From an uncultured delta proteobacterium (GTDB lineage Bacteria; Desulfobacterota; Desulfobacteria; Desulfobacterales; UBA5852), in contig CAWKLN010000020.1 of assembly GCA_963850465.1 (NCBI GenBank), positions 20,538-84,537 on the forward strand: DNA of 64,000 nt, in the 5' to 3' direction. The notes below the pieces were generated by a model. It was not told the origin of the DNA and did no database searches. It saw only the letters and a list, made by a program, of their open reading frames with translations. The position numbers were made by a program, and so were the translations under genes. This document shows, piece after piece, positions 22,717 to 32,913 of this stretch. Every line of letters begins with the position of its first letter. The first letter of the stretch is position 1.

Positions 22717-23121
22717 ATGACGAAAATATCCCGCGTACTGGAGATACCGCCGGCCAGCCCCACGGAAGCACACGCCTACTTCCATCACAAGCTGTCGCTC
22801 GAAACCGACCCGGCCGATGTCCATGACGACCTTGAAAACGGTGTCGAGGCCTTTGTCCTGGTGGATGTACGCAGCCCCGAAGCCTATGCGCGGAGCCATG
22901 CCAGGGGGGCCATCAATATCCCGCACGCGACCATGACGGAACAACGGCTGTCCGCCTTCGCGCCGGATACCGTTTTTGTCGTTTATTGCTGGGGGCCGGG
23001 ATGCAACGGCGCCGATAAAGCCGCCTACCGCTTGAGTAAACTCGGCCGGTCTGTTAAAATCATGATCGGCGGCATCGAATATTGGGAACACAAGGAAGGC
23101 TATCCGGTCGAGCAGGGGTGA
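22717..23121 (+). CDS. Rhodanese-like domain protein
   Basis: VLVDVRSPEAYARSHARGAINIP and the active-site loop YCWGPGCNGA. Confidence 0.85.
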   Translation: MTKISRVLEIPPASPTEAHAYFHHKLSLETDPADVHDDLENGVEAFVLVDVRSPEAYARSHARGAINIPHATMTEQRLSAFAPDTVFVVYCWGPGCNGADKAAYRLSKLGRSVKIMIGGIEYWEHKEGYPVEQG

Positions 23122-23125
23122 TCAG

Positions 23126-23618
23126 GTGCGGGAAATTTTCACAAAATCACACGGAACCGCTCTCAGCCTGGGGGTTTTCGTCGGACTGGCCCTTGTCCTC
23201 ATCATGGGTTCGGCGGCCGGCGCCCAGACCGCCGAGCTGGACTTTTTTGTCGAGGAGGTTCGTGAAAATCGCATCGACAAGGTCCGCGCCTTGATTCAGA
23301 AAGGGCGTCGATGTCAACGCGCGCGACGTGTTTGGCAACAACGCCGGGCTGCACTGGGCCGCCAGTTTAGGTCTGGCCGAGATGGCCCGCCTGCTCATCG
23401 ACAACGGCGCCGACCTCGACATCCGCAACGACGACGGCAACACGCCCCTGCACTGGGCGGCCGGAGAAGGTCAAAAGGAACTCGTGGTGATCTTGATCGC
23501 CCACGGGGCCGACATCAACGCCCGCGGCAAAAATGGATGGACCCCCCTGCGCTGGGCCGAAGCTCAGAGCCAGAAAGAAATCGCCCGCATCCTGATGGCG
23601 GCCGGCGGCCGGCGCTGA
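23126..23618 (+). pseudogene. Secreted ankyrin-repeat protein, split by an apparent +1 frame change at 23303-23306
   Basis: The signal peptide and first helix (ORF 23126.., ...RIDKVRALIQKG) continue in ORF 23328..23618 as VDVNARDVFGNNAGLHWAA...GNTPLHWAA...GWTPLRWA, which are ankyrin repeats. Confidence 0.75.
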
Positions 23619-23635
23619 TCTGCAAAGGAGACCGT

Positions 23636-24097
23636 GTGCAACCCCAAGACGCATTCACCGCCATCAGCACGACCGAAAGGGTCGCCGCGTCACTCTTCAA
23701 GTGGGTTACCGGCAACCGGGGCCTAAAGCGCACCGTCGCCATCGAGTTGAAAGAAAATATAGAGCTGGTGCGGCTTTACGTCGCAAGCGGCACCGACCCG
23801 CGCGAGCTCATCCCGAAGCTTAAAGAAGATGCCTTCCGCACCGCCCTGGCGCAGGGCTTTAATTTCAACACGCTGACGCGTTCCAAAATCTCCGCCGCCA
23901 GTACCAAAGACATTCCCCAGCTGAGAGCCTATCACGGCTGGTCCACCCAGAAGCTTTTCGAAAGTGTCTACGCGAAAATCGCCACCCTGAAGCACGCTGC
24001 AACGCTTCGCAGCACCCGCAAACCGGTTCGCATCGGGGTCCGGCTCATCAACGTGTTCAAGCTGATGGTGGTGCTGGCCCACCACATCGGGGAATGA
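23636..24097 (+). CDS. Hypothetical protein (153 aa)
   Basis: The GTG at 23636 is 5 nt after AAAGGAG. The reading frame is the tail of ORF 23126..24097. I recognised no family. Confidence 0.5.
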   Translation: MQPQDAFTAISTTERVAASLFKWVTGNRGLKRTVAIELKENIELVRLYVASGTDPRELIPKLKEDAFRTALAQGFNFNTLTRSKISAASTKDIPQLRAYHGWSTQKLFESVYAKIATLKHAATLRSTRKPVRIGVRLINVFKLMVVLAHHIGE

Positions 24098-24357
24098 CGT
24101 CCTGGCACCTGCGGGACCGTCTGGACTATAAGCGCTAAATATGCGATGCTGGCCGATAAATTATGCTGCCGGCGCATTGTCGCGATCTAACACCCAAGGA
24201 TACGCTTCAACGGCATCGATCCATTCGCCCTATCATGTGGCGTTGTATGCCGAGCCCACATCCGGCGCCGCCAACCATCGGTCCTCGATTTTTCTGCTAT
24301 AGATTGAGCCGCTGATGTCCACTAACCCAATAGCACGAAAGCGAGAACGATCAGGCT

Positions 24358-24639
24358 ATGAATATTTATATCGGAAACTTGGGCCCCGGCATCACCGCCG
24401 ACACCCTGAAAGCGATGTTTGTCGAATTTGGCGAAGTCGAAAGTTGTAAAATTATCAACGACAGGCGCTCGGGACAATCAAAGGGCTTCGGATTTGTCGA
24501 AATGCCCAGCAATTCGGAAGCCGATCAGGCCATTAAAAATTTGAACGGTAAATTCATCGAAGGGCAGAATATCAAAGTCAACCATGCCGATCCCGGTGGC
24601 AAAAAAAAGAAACAGCGCTCACGCCGCAGAAGATATTAG
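24358..24639 (+). CDS. RRM-type (RNP-1) RNA-binding protein
   Basis: RNP-2 is IYIGNL and RNP-1 is KGFGFVEM. The C-terminal tail is basic. Confidence 0.9.
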   Translation: MNIYIGNLGPGITADTLKAMFVEFGEVESCKIINDRRSGQSKGFGFVEMPSNSEADQAIKNLNGKFIEGQNIKVNHADPGGKKKKQRSRRRRY

Positions 24640-25486
24640 CCGCGACGCGCGCGACCATCCCGTTGTACTTATCACCGGCGCCTCATCCGGCTTCGGCCAA
24701 GCTTGTGCCCGGCACCTGAGCACCCATGGCTATCGCGTGTATGGCACCAGCCGCCGGGCAGCCCGGAGCCCGGACGGCGAAAGCGCCTCCCCCGAAAACG
24801 GCCCCTTTCAGATGATCCCCATGGACGTCTGCGATACGGCGTCGGTCCACGCCGGCGTGGACTTCGTTGTAAAAGACGCCGGACGGATCGACGTTGTGGT
24901 CTGCAATGCCGGATTCGGCCTTGCCGGAGCGGTGGAGGACAGCGACGTCGACGAGGTCAAACGTCAATTCGAAACCAATTTTTTCGGCACCTGGCGGGTC
25001 TGCCATGCGACCCTGCCGCACCTGCGGCGGCAGGGTTCTGGTTATCTTGTCATCGTGGGCTCGCTGGCGGGTCTCATGGGCATTCCTTTCCAGGCTGCTT
25101 ACAGCGCGTCCAAATTCGCCCTGGAGGGCATGGCCGAGGCGTTGCGTATGGAGGTCAAACCGTGGGGGGTCCATGTGGTTCTGATCCAGCCGGGCGATTT
25201 TCGCACCGGCTTCACCCGCAACCGCATCAAGACGGCCGCATCCGGCCAAAACCCGGATTATGCCGCAACCTTCGCACGCGCCCTGGCCGTCATGGAGAGG
25301 GACGAACGCCAGGGACCGGCCCCCGCCAGCCTGGCCCGCCTATTGGAGCGCATCATCACCCACCCGGCCCCCCGGCTGCGCTATACCGCCGGGACAATTT
25401 TCCAGCGAATAGGAGCCCTGCTGAAAAGGGCGCTGCCCGGTCGGCTGTTCGAATGGCTCATGATGACGACCTATAAACTGAATTGA
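24584..25486 (+). CDS. SDR-family oxidoreductase; start uncertain
   Basis: VLITGASSGFG Rossmann motif and YSASKFALEG catalytic motif. The ATG at 24584 or the GTG at 24596 overlaps the preceding gene by 44-56 nt. Confidence 0.85.
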   Translation: MPIPVAKKRNSAHAAEDISRDARDHPVVLITGASSGFGQACARHLSTHGYRVYGTSRRAARSPDGESASPENGPFQMIPMDVCDTASVHAGVDFVVKDAGRIDVVVCNAGFGLAGAVEDSDVDEVKRQFETNFFGTWRVCHATLPHLRRQGSGYLVIVGSLAGLMGIPFQAAYSASKFALEGMAEALRMEVKPWGVHVVLIQPGDFRTGFTRNRIKTAASGQNPDYAATFARALAVMERDERQGPAPASLARLLERIITHPAPRLRYTAGTIFQRIGALLKRALPGRLFEWLMMTTYKLN

Positions 25487-25537
25487 CCCCGATGCTTTTT
25501 TTCGGCACACCTTCTGCCGCCCCTGCAGGACAATGCC

Positions 25538-26800
25538 ATGGCCCTCGACCTGACACGGCTCCGGATTAACCAGGACCGTCTTCGAAACCATTTCGAAGCG
25601 CTCGCCCGCATCGGCGCGACCCCGGAGGGCGGCGTCCACCGGCCCGCCCTTGGCGACGCCGACATCGAGGGTCGGAAATGGCTGCGCGAACGGATCGAAC
25701 AGTCGCCCCTGGCGTATACGGATGACCCGGCCGGCAACCAGTCGGCCATTCTCCACGCCGGTGATCGCGACAGCCCGCGCATCATCATAGGATCCCACCT
25801 GGACACGGTGCCGGAGGGTGGCCGCTTTGACGGCGCCCTGGGTGTGCTGGCGGCCTTTGACGTTCTTCTGACCCTGCAGGATGCCGGTTATACCCCGCCC
25901 ATCGGGCTGGAAGCCATCAACTTTACCGATGAAGAAGGCACCCATATCGGCACGCTGGGCAGCCGGGCTCTAACCGGCCGATTGCCAACCGAAGAACTCA
26001 AGCGTCCTTTCCAGGGCCTGCCCGCTCTTGATATCGGGTTGGCCCGCATCGGGCTTTCCCGCAAAAAGATCCCTCAGGCCCGGCGGCCGCCAGGCGCGCT
26101 CGCCGGATATCTGGAACTCCACATCGAGCAGGGGCCCATCCTGGCGGAAGACGGGGTCGCTATCGGGATCGTGACCGCCATCGCGGGCATTGGTCGGCGG
26201 ACCCTGCGGTTCCGGGGGCGTGCCGACCACGCCGGCACCACGCCCATGGCACTGCGCCAGGATGCCGGAAGAGCCGCCGGGACGTTTACCGTCAAAGCAT
26301 GGAGCACCCTTCGTGCAGACTTTCCGGATTGCGTCATCAATGTCGGCGGTATGCGCTTTCACCCCGGCACGTTCAACGTTGTGCCGCACACGGTGGCCCT
26401 GGACCTGGAATATCGCGCCCCGAACGACCGGCAATTGGAAGATCTGCAGCAAACACTGACCGGTTTGGCCCAGGCCGCCGCCCGGGAATGCCGGGTTGAA
26501 CTGGAGACCGGGCCGGTCGAGACATCACCGGCGGCCACAATGAGCACCCGCATGCAGGGCATGCTCGCCCACGCGGCGGACCGGCTCGGGCTGCCGCACC
26601 GCCGGATGCCTTCCGGCGCCGGCCACGATGCCCAGAGCTTTGCGGACCTTTGTCCGACCGGTATGATCTTTATCCCATCGGTGGGCGGGAAATCCCATTG
26701 CCCTGACGAGTACTCCCGCTGGAATGATTGCGTTAACGGTGCCAACCTGCTGCTCCAGGCCACCCTGGCACTGCTGGAGACATTCCGGGAAGGCCGATGA
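25538..26800 (+). CDS. M20-family Zn-dependent amidohydrolase (allantoate amidohydrolase / N-carbamoyl-amino-acid hydrolase type)
   Basis: IGSHLDTVPEGGRFDGALGV and LELHIEQGPILE-like motifs, in a 420-aa protein. Confidence 0.8.
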   Translation: MALDLTRLRINQDRLRNHFEALARIGATPEGGVHRPALGDADIEGRKWLRERIEQSPLAYTDDPAGNQSAILHAGDRDSPRIIIGSHLDTVPEGGRFDGALGVLAAFDVLLTLQDAGYTPPIGLEAINFTDEEGTHIGTLGSRALTGRLPTEELKRPFQGLPALDIGLARIGLSRKKIPQARRPPGALAGYLELHIEQGPILAEDGVAIGIVTAIAGIGRRTLRFRGRADHAGTTPMALRQDAGRAAGTFTVKAWSTLRADFPDCVINVGGMRFHPGTFNVVPHTVALDLEYRAPNDRQLEDLQQTLTGLAQAAARECRVELETGPVETSPAATMSTRMQGMLAHAADRLGLPHRRMPSGAGHDAQSFADLCPTGMIFIPSVGGKSHCPDEYSRWNDCVNGANLLLQATLALLETFREGR

Positions 26801-26925
26801 TAAAAAGACGTCATTGCGCCAAAGCCCGATGCCCTTTCACACGGCGGCTACCCGATGGGCGCACCCGGGGGCAGCAAGCCCCCCCTCCGGCATGTCATAA
26901 CCTCAAGACGAAAGGAAACCATGCA

Positions 26926-27159
26926 ATGGCCACCCGAAAGAAAAAATCCAACCGCGATATTGAAAAAGGTTATCCCGCCCGTCAATTTGTCGCCAAGCTG
27001 CGCCGTCTGGCCGATTGTATCGAACGCGGCCAGCGCTTCCGCATTCAGGTCGCCGGAGAGCGCATATCTATCCCTCCCGATGCCCTCATCAACATCGAGC
27101 ATGAACGGGAAGCAGGGCAAGAGGAAATCGAATTCCAGATTAAATGGACCGCGCCTTGA
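26926..27159 (+). CDS. Amphi-Trp domain protein
   Basis: 77 aa from the ATG at 26926. FVAKLRRLADCIERGQRFRIQVAGERISIP...EIEFQIKW matches the pattern of this small family. Confidence 0.65.
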   Translation: MATRKKKSNRDIEKGYPARQFVAKLRRLADCIERGQRFRIQVAGERISIPPDALINIEHEREAGQEEIEFQIKWTAP

Positions 27160-27502
27160 TCCATTGAAGCGGCGCGCCGATGGCGCGGCGGGGTTAACCG
27201 CACCGACATGCTAATCGACAAAGAAGACCTGCGATGGACTAGTGAACAAGGCATCCTCACGCCGGCGTCGGCCGATCAGGTCTGGGGGCCGTTAAAACGC
27301 CCAAAAAGATACGCTCCGCATGGCCATCGTCCATGTGGCCGACGACTGCGGAGCCTTATCATGGCGGCCGGGATTTACTACTTCGGGTACTATCTGGATA
27401 TTGAAGCGGCCCTGATGGGTGTCAATCCCGGCGAGGTGCAGCGCCTCCTGCCGCCCCGGCGCACCGGATTGATTTTCGTCCGGTGCCCGCGACCCCGGCC
27501 AC

Positions 27503-27988
27503 TTATTTAAAGCGTTTGTCGGCCCTGGTTTGTCGAACGTCCGCGCCCGCCTTTTCCAACCAGCCCAGCCGTTCCGGCTGGCGATGATCAAATGCCGGCA
27601 CATAGGGCTTGATGTCCAGCAGCGGCGTGCCATTCACAATGTCCACATCCTCGATCTCCAGAACGGTTTCCCGGATTTCTATCAAGCGGACCGTGGAAAG
27701 ACCGATGGCATTAGGATGATTGGGCGAACGGGTGGCAAAAACGCCGCGCGGCGTCGTGTCCAGGAAGGGTGTGACCACCAGGCGGGTTTCCCGGGTCAGA
27801 TGAAAATGATAGAGAAGGATGATATGCGAGAAACCTGCCAGGTCCTGCAGCCCCTGCGCATATTCAGGTAAAAGCGTAATACAGCCCCTCACGCCCTGGC
27901 CGCCTTGAGCCTGTATCGGCATCCCCTCCCGGGTGGTAAAAGGCGTCTCAATAATTCCGATCGGATTATAACTTACCGGTTTCATCAT
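27503..27988 (-). CDS. trmO: TsaA/YaeB-family SAM-dependent methyltransferase (TrmO-like)
   Basis: PIGIIETPF...GFSHIILLYHFH...RSPNHPNAIGLSTVRL...GTPLLDIKPY. Confidence 0.85.
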   Translation of the reverse strand: MMKPVSYNPIGIIETPFTTREGMPIQAQGGQGVRGCITLLPEYAQGLQDLAGFSHIILLYHFHLTRETRLVVTPFLDTTPRGVFATRSPNHPNAIGLSTVRLIEIRETVLEIEDVDIVNGTPLLDIKPYVPAFDHRQPERLGWLEKAGADVRQTRADKRFK

Positions 27989-28111
27989 GATTCTTCTCGG
28001 TCAGCGTCTGGCCACGGCATTGATGCTAAAGCCTTTGGTAAAAGAGCCGATAAGGTCTGATGGTCTTTAGTGTTTCATTAACATTTTCAATTCACAACGG
28101 AGGTATCCTAA

Positions 28112-29251
28112 GTGACCGGACGATTACTTGCAATGATAGTTGTCGGCATCGTGTTTTATTTTCTATTGAGTGTAACCATGCGCATGATCTACGGGAAGTC
28201 GATGGTCACACGTTTGTGGACGTTGCTGGCACCCGGAGTTATCCTGGCCTCCCTTCTGTCCGGGTTTGCCGCCAAACTTGGCGAGATGGGCATTGCCCCG
28301 TGGATCACGCGCGGCGCGATACCCCTGGCAGCAGCGGTAGTGCTGGTGTCAAGTTTCATCCTGGTGGCCCGCAAACTTGCCACGCCCCTGCAAAAATCCA
28401 TCGTTGCTTTGAATCGAGGCTCCGACCAGATTGCCGATGCTTCAGGTCAGATTTCATCGGCCTGCCAAGCGCTCGCCTCCGGCGCGACCGAACAGGCCGC
28501 CTCCATCGAAGAGACATCCTCCTCCCTGGAAGAAATGGCCAGTATGACCCGGCAAACGGCCGACAATGCCGGCCAGGCGAACCAGATCATGCAGACGACC
28601 AATAGCATGGTCATCCAGGCAAATCAGGCCATGAACGATTTGACGCGCTCCATGCAGGAAATTTCACAGGCCAGCGAAGAAACCCAGAAGATCGTTAAAA
28701 CCATCGATGAGATCGCCTTTCAAACCAACCTGCTGGCCCTCAACGCCGCCGTCGAGGCCGCCCGGGCCGGTGAAGCCGGTGCCGGTTTTGCGGTCGTGGC
28801 CGACGAAGTACGCAATCTGGCCCTGCGGGCCGCGGAATCCTCCCGCAACACCGCCGCCCTGATTGAAGGAACCGTATCCCGCATAGGAGAGGGCGTGCAA
28901 TTGGTTTCGGCCACCGGTAAGGCGTTTGAGGCCGTAAAAAACAACTCTGAAAAAGTCGGCGACCTGATCAGTGAAATCGCCGCGGCCTCGGGTGAACAGG
29001 CCCAGGGGATCGAACAGGTCAACCGTGCGGTTTCCGAAATGAGCCATGTCACCCAGCAAAATGCCGCCATTTCGGAAGAATCGGCTTCCGCATCGACCGA
29101 AATCCATTCCGAAATCGTGAACATCCGTGGCCACGTCAGGGACGTTGCCGAATTGGTGGACGGCAACCCATCGACAGCCCAAAAAGGAGTGGCGCGGCCC
29201 AACCGCCCCCAGCCGGGAATTAGCGCGGAGGCTAACGCAATAGCGCTTTGA
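28112..29251 (+). CDS. Methyl-accepting chemotaxis protein (short sensor region)
   Basis: Two N-terminal TM helices, then the conserved signalling hairpin [37 protein letters not shown]. Confidence 0.9.
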   Translation: MTGRLLAMIVVGIVFYFLLSVTMRMIYGKSMVTRLWTLLAPGVILASLLSGFAAKLGEMGIAPWITRGAIPLAAAVVLVSSFILVARKLATPLQKSIVALNRGSDQIADASGQISSACQALASGATEQAASIEETSSSLEEMASMTRQTADNAGQANQIMQTTNSMVIQANQAMNDLTRSMQEISQASEETQKIVKTIDEIAFQTNLLALNAAVEAARAGEAGAGFAVVADEVRNLALRAAESSRNTAALIEGTVSRIGEGVQLVSATGKAFEAVKNNSEKVGDLISEIAAASGEQAQGIEQVNRAVSEMSHVTQQNAAISEESASASTEIHSEIVNIRGHVRDVAELVDGNPSTAQKGVARPNRPQPGISAEANAIAL

Positions 29252-29573
29252 TGCAACCAAAAAAGACGGGGCTGCGGGCTGCCGGGAACGGTTGCCGTAA
29301 GTCCAGTGTGCCTGGGCGGCCTGGCTTTACAACCCGCCAGACCGTCCTTAAAATATGACTGGCAGCGTGGCTATCGGACCTGTCGCTACACCCCATATTG
29401 CCGCATCGCGCTTTGAACGACCCGGCCCACGACACGATCCGCTTGATCCCTCCACGAAGCCCGACCCATGATACATCTGACGGCAGGCGCTCCCGGACCG
29501 ACCCGACAATGACATCCGCCGCACAACAGCCTGTATGCGGCCCCATCATTTTCAGTCAAAAGGAGGTGCGTCG

Positions 29574-30509
29574 ATGAACACGCCCCGCAAGCGCGTCCTG
29601 TTGGCCGTTGACGGTTCCGATTCATCATTGGCAACCGTACGCTATGTCGCCAAAATCTTTCCGCCCGCCCGCAGCGAGGTGGTCCTGTTTCACGTGGCCG
29701 CCAATATCCCCGGGGTTTTCTGGCACATCGGCAAGGAATTTCGCGACCGCACCGCCCCTGCCCGGGCCTGGGTCCATGAAACGCACCGCGCCATGAGCGC
29801 CTTCATGCGCGAGGCCACCCATGAATTGACCCATGCGGGTTTTGCCCCCGGAACAGTCACCGTTAAAATTGAAAAACAGCACAACAGCATCGTTCACGAT
29901 ATTGTCGACGAGGCGAGCCGCGACTATGATGCCGTTGTGGTCAGCCGCCACGGCCTCAGTCGCACCAAAGACACCCTGATCGGCAAGACCGGCAACCACC
30001 TCATGACGCGATTGCGCGATATGCCCATCATCGTCGTCAGCGGCGCCCCATCCACGCAGAAGGTCATGATCGCAATGGACAGCACGGATGACGCCGCCCG
30101 TGGTGTCGCCTGTGTCGCGCAGCTGCTGGCCGAGACACCGGCAAGCTTCACGCTGTGCCATGCGATCAAATCCCGCATGGTCTATTATCTGCCGGCAAAC
30201 CTGTACTATGCCGAGAGCCAGGACGAGACCTGGGCGACGCGCAGCCGCAAACGCATCGGCCCGTGGATCGAAAAAGCCCAGGGCCGTCTCGTCGGCGCCG
30301 GCGTGGCGCCGGAGCGAATCAGCATATCCATTCTGGAGGACTGCGCCAGTCGCGCCTCGGGCCTGCTGGAGGAAGCCCGCAAAACCGGTATCGGCACCAT
30401 CGTTACCGGCCGCCGCCACCTGTCCGGGCTGGAATCATTACTCTTGGGAAGCGTCAGCCGCCAGATCGTCAACTGGGCCCGCGGCATGGCCGTATGGGTG
30501 GCTGCCTGA
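29574..30509 (+). CDS. Tandem universal stress protein (two UspA domains)
   Basis: The ATG at 29574 follows AAAGGAGG. VLLAVDGSDSS...VVSRHG and VMIAMDSTDD...TGRRHLSGLESLLLGSVS. Confidence 0.85.
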   Translation: MNTPRKRVLLAVDGSDSSLATVRYVAKIFPPARSEVVLFHVAANIPGVFWHIGKEFRDRTAPARAWVHETHRAMSAFMREATHELTHAGFAPGTVTVKIEKQHNSIVHDIVDEASRDYDAVVVSRHGLSRTKDTLIGKTGNHLMTRLRDMPIIVVSGAPSTQKVMIAMDSTDDAARGVACVAQLLAETPASFTLCHAIKSRMVYYLPANLYYAESQDETWATRSRKRIGPWIEKAQGRLVGAGVAPERISISILEDCASRASGLLEEARKTGIGTIVTGRRHLSGLESLLLGSVSRQIVNWARGMAVWVAA

Positions 30510-30550
30510 ACCACCGGCACCAAAACGGATATAGAGCAGGGAGAGAGCGT

Positions 30551-30841
30551 TTAATCGTCGTCGGAAAGGACTTCCCGGATCATCTTGGCGGCAATCTGGT
30601 CACTGTCGATGCGATAGGTACCATCGGCAATCCGGGCTTTGATTTCTTCAACCTTATCCTCCCGGACATCCGGTATCGCCGCCAGCACTCTCTGGGCTTT
30701 AAGGAGTTCCCGCGCCTGGGGAGAAAGGGATACCCGATCCCTCCGACGCGCCGGCGATGAATCTTTCGGGTGAGATTCAGCCGCGCGGTTATCAGAAACC
30801 TTTATAAGTTTGGCCGGCGTTTGACTGTCAGTAATTTTCAT
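30551..30841 (-). CDS. flgM: Anti-sigma-28 factor FlgM
   Basis: 96 aa with the C-terminal FlgM signature VREDKVEEIKARIADGTYRIDSDQIAAKM. Confidence 0.8.
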   Translation of the reverse strand: MKITDSQTPAKLIKVSDNRAAESHPKDSSPARRRDRVSLSPQARELLKAQRVLAAIPDVREDKVEEIKARIADGTYRIDSDQIAAKMIREVLSDDD

Positions 30842-30866
30842 AGCGTGCTCATCCTCGTTAAAATGG

Positions 30867-30896
30867 ATTATACTCTTTTTTTATCGGGGATTGCAA
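30867..30896 (-). promoter_or_regulatory. Candidate sigma-70 promoter for flgM (TTGCAA-18 nt-TATAAT on the minus strand)
   Basis: The -10 TATAAT is the complement of 30867-30872 and the -35 TTGCAA is at 30891-30896. The -10 lies about 25 nt upstream of the ATG. Confidence 0.35.
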
Positions 30897-31158
30897 GCCT
30901 GCCCAGTACCGGTGTGGACAATTGATCCGCGATCTGAAAACCGGTTTAATTAAAATTGAGACCGCCACCGCACCCCCGACCCGCACCGTGTCCATCTCCC
31001 ATTGTAACCAAAAAAAAGCCGGCGAGGAAGACAGGCTGCGCCCTTCGCACAGAGCATGGCCGTAACGCGCACCACGACATTCCAGCTTTACCTCCGGGAC
31101 GACAGGCGGTAGAGTGTGAGGGTCGACATCAATCGAAGCATAAACAAGCCACCCTGAC

Positions 31159-32553
31159 GTGACAGGACATCCGGCCTTGAGACCCTCTCTCCAGCAAATC
31201 ACCCTGGCGGTAACCACACTGACCGGGTTCATGGGCCCCTTCCTGATTTCGTCGGTCAACATCGCGTTGCCGGATATTCAACGGGCCTTCGGCGTGGACG
31301 TCGTGCTGCTCAGCTGGATTGCCACCGCCTATCTGTTGTCCGTCGCCGCCGTCCTGGTACCGGCCGGAAAAATTGCCGACCATTGGGGCCGGACCCGTAT
31401 CTTTGCTCTGGGGCTGGCCATTCTGACCATCGCCTCGACAGGCTCGGCGCTGGCCCCTTCCATAAGCATTCTCATCGCCACTCGGATTTTTCAAGGGATG
31501 GGCGCCGCCATGGTGGTCACCACCGGAATGCCTATTTTGATAGCTGTATTCCCGCCCGCAAAACGTGGTCGCGTCATCGGTCTGTATGTTGCGGCGGTAT
31601 ATCTGGGGCTCTCCATCGGGCCTCTGGCAGGCGGCCTGCTGACCCAACACGGCAGCTGGCGTCTCATCTTCGTTGCGGTTGTGCCGCTGAACGTCCTGGC
31701 CCTTTTCCTGACGCTGCGCTATCTTCCCCGCGAGCCCGTGGCGACCGCAAGGCCGCCCTTCGACATCCTGGGAACGCTGCTTTACGCCATCTCGCTGGTC
31801 ATGGTCGTTTACGGTGCTTCGCGCCTGCCGGCAATCATGGCCTGGGGGCTCATCGGGGGCGGTGCGGCGGGTCTTCTAAGTTTCGTGTTCTGGGAACTGC
31901 GCGTCCCCCATCCTGTTTTCGAAGTCCGCCTTTTTGCAACCAACCGGGTCTTTGCATTTTCCAGCCTGGCCGCCCTGATCAATTACAGCGCGACCTTTGC
32001 CGTCACCTTTCTGCTGAGCCTTTATCTTCAATATGTCCAAAGCTTTCCCCCCCAAAGCGCCGGACTGGTTCTGATGGCCCAACCCATTGTCCAAGCATTG
32101 TTTTCGCCACTTGCCGGCCGCCTGTCCGATCGCGTCGAACCCGCTATCCTGGCCTCCTTCGGCATGGCAATCACGGCCGCCGGCTTGCTGGCGCTGACCG
32201 TGCTGGCACAAACCACCTCACTGGCCTATATCTTAGGTGTACTAATCGCCCTGGGCATGGGTTTCGCGCTTTTTTCCGCCCCCAACATGAACGCCATCAT
32301 GGGTGCCATCGACCCACGACACTACGGGACGGCCTCCGGCGTCGTTGCCACCATGCGCCTGTTGGGTCAGATGACCAGCATGGCCATGGCGACATTGGTG
32401 TTCGCGCTGATCATCGGCCCCCGTGAAATCGTACCCGCCCTTTACCCGCGTTTTTTAACAAGCGTTCGTATTTGTTTTATTATATCCGCGTGTCTGTGTC
32501 TCTCAGGCATCTTTTTTTCGGTGTATCGCGGTCGCTTGCGGCACGTCCCCTGA
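31159..32553 (+). CDS. MFS transporter (14-TM DHA2/EmrB-like)
   Basis: 464 aa, highly hydrophobic, with the motif-A-like GKIADHWGRTRIF. The start is GTG. Confidence 0.9.
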   Translation: MTGHPALRPSLQQITLAVTTLTGFMGPFLISSVNIALPDIQRAFGVDVVLLSWIATAYLLSVAAVLVPAGKIADHWGRTRIFALGLAILTIASTGSALAPSISILIATRIFQGMGAAMVVTTGMPILIAVFPPAKRGRVIGLYVAAVYLGLSIGPLAGGLLTQHGSWRLIFVAVVPLNVLALFLTLRYLPREPVATARPPFDILGTLLYAISLVMVVYGASRLPAIMAWGLIGGGAAGLLSFVFWELRVPHPVFEVRLFATNRVFAFSSLAALINYSATFAVTFLLSLYLQYVQSFPPQSAGLVLMAQPIVQALFSPLAGRLSDRVEPAILASFGMAITAAGLLALTVLAQTTSLAYILGVLIALGMGFALFSAPNMNAIMGAIDPRHYGTASGVVATMRLLGQMTSMAMATLVFALIIGPREIVPALYPRFLTSVRICFIISACLCLSGIFFSVYRGRLRHVP

Positions 32554-32648
32554 CGCTTTCCGAACCTTATGCCAATCGCCCGGAACTCAGGCCCTCGATT
32601 AAAAATGCATTTGGCACCTTGACGCCCATCGAATCCTTCTTAATATTC

Positions 32649-32685
32649 GAACAGGAAACAACAAGTTGTTTCCTGTTCTTTCTCC
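32649..32685 (+). terminator. Intrinsic-terminator-like hairpin downstream of the MFS gene
   Basis: GAACAGGAAACAAC-aa-GTTGTTTCCTGTTC is a perfect 14-bp stem, followed by TTTCTCC. Confidence 0.55.
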
Positions 32686-32755
32686 ATCAAACGGAAGGTC
32701 GGAAACCCTGCCATCGTATTCGGCCTTCTAAAATCCTAAATACCTCCTGCTCAAC

Positions 32756-32792
32756 GAGCCGGGAAGTTGCCCGCTTCCCGGCTCTTTCTTTA
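32756..32792 (+). terminator. Second terminator-like hairpin about 70 nt after the first
   Basis: GAGCCGGGAAG-ttgcccg-CTTCCCGGCTC is an 11-bp stem, followed by TTTCTTTAT. Confidence 0.45.
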
Positions 32793-32913
32793 TCCGCTGC
32801 CGCCCCCTATGGACATATTTGACCTCTTCGATAGAAAAGATTAGCATGGAAAAATAATTTTTCTTTGCAGAGGCCGGATACCTTTGTGGATCAAACGACA
32901 ACAAGGAGATACC

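Noticed and set aside
24584-24639. The 56-nt overlap of the SDR ORF with the RRM gene across an A8 run (24601-24608), considered as another frameshift.
   Set aside because: Both reading frames make sense on their own: a basic tail for the RRM protein and a normal N-terminus for the SDR. The overlap is better explained by an uncertain SDR start.
27208-27510. A 100-aa ORF (MLIDKEDLRWTSEQGILTPASADQVW...) in the gap between the amphi-Trp and trmO genes.
   Set aside because: Only the first ~25 aa look protein-like. The rest is Arg/Pro-rich and the alternative frames are no better. It may be a remnant of a membrane-protein gene, but I cannot support a call.
30881-30888. A CCCGATAA sequence (minus strand) resembling the sigma-28 -10 box upstream of flgM.
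   Set aside because: There is no TAAA -35 element at the required ~15-nt spacing. The overlapping TTGCAA-18-TATAAT sigma-70-like arrangement fits better.
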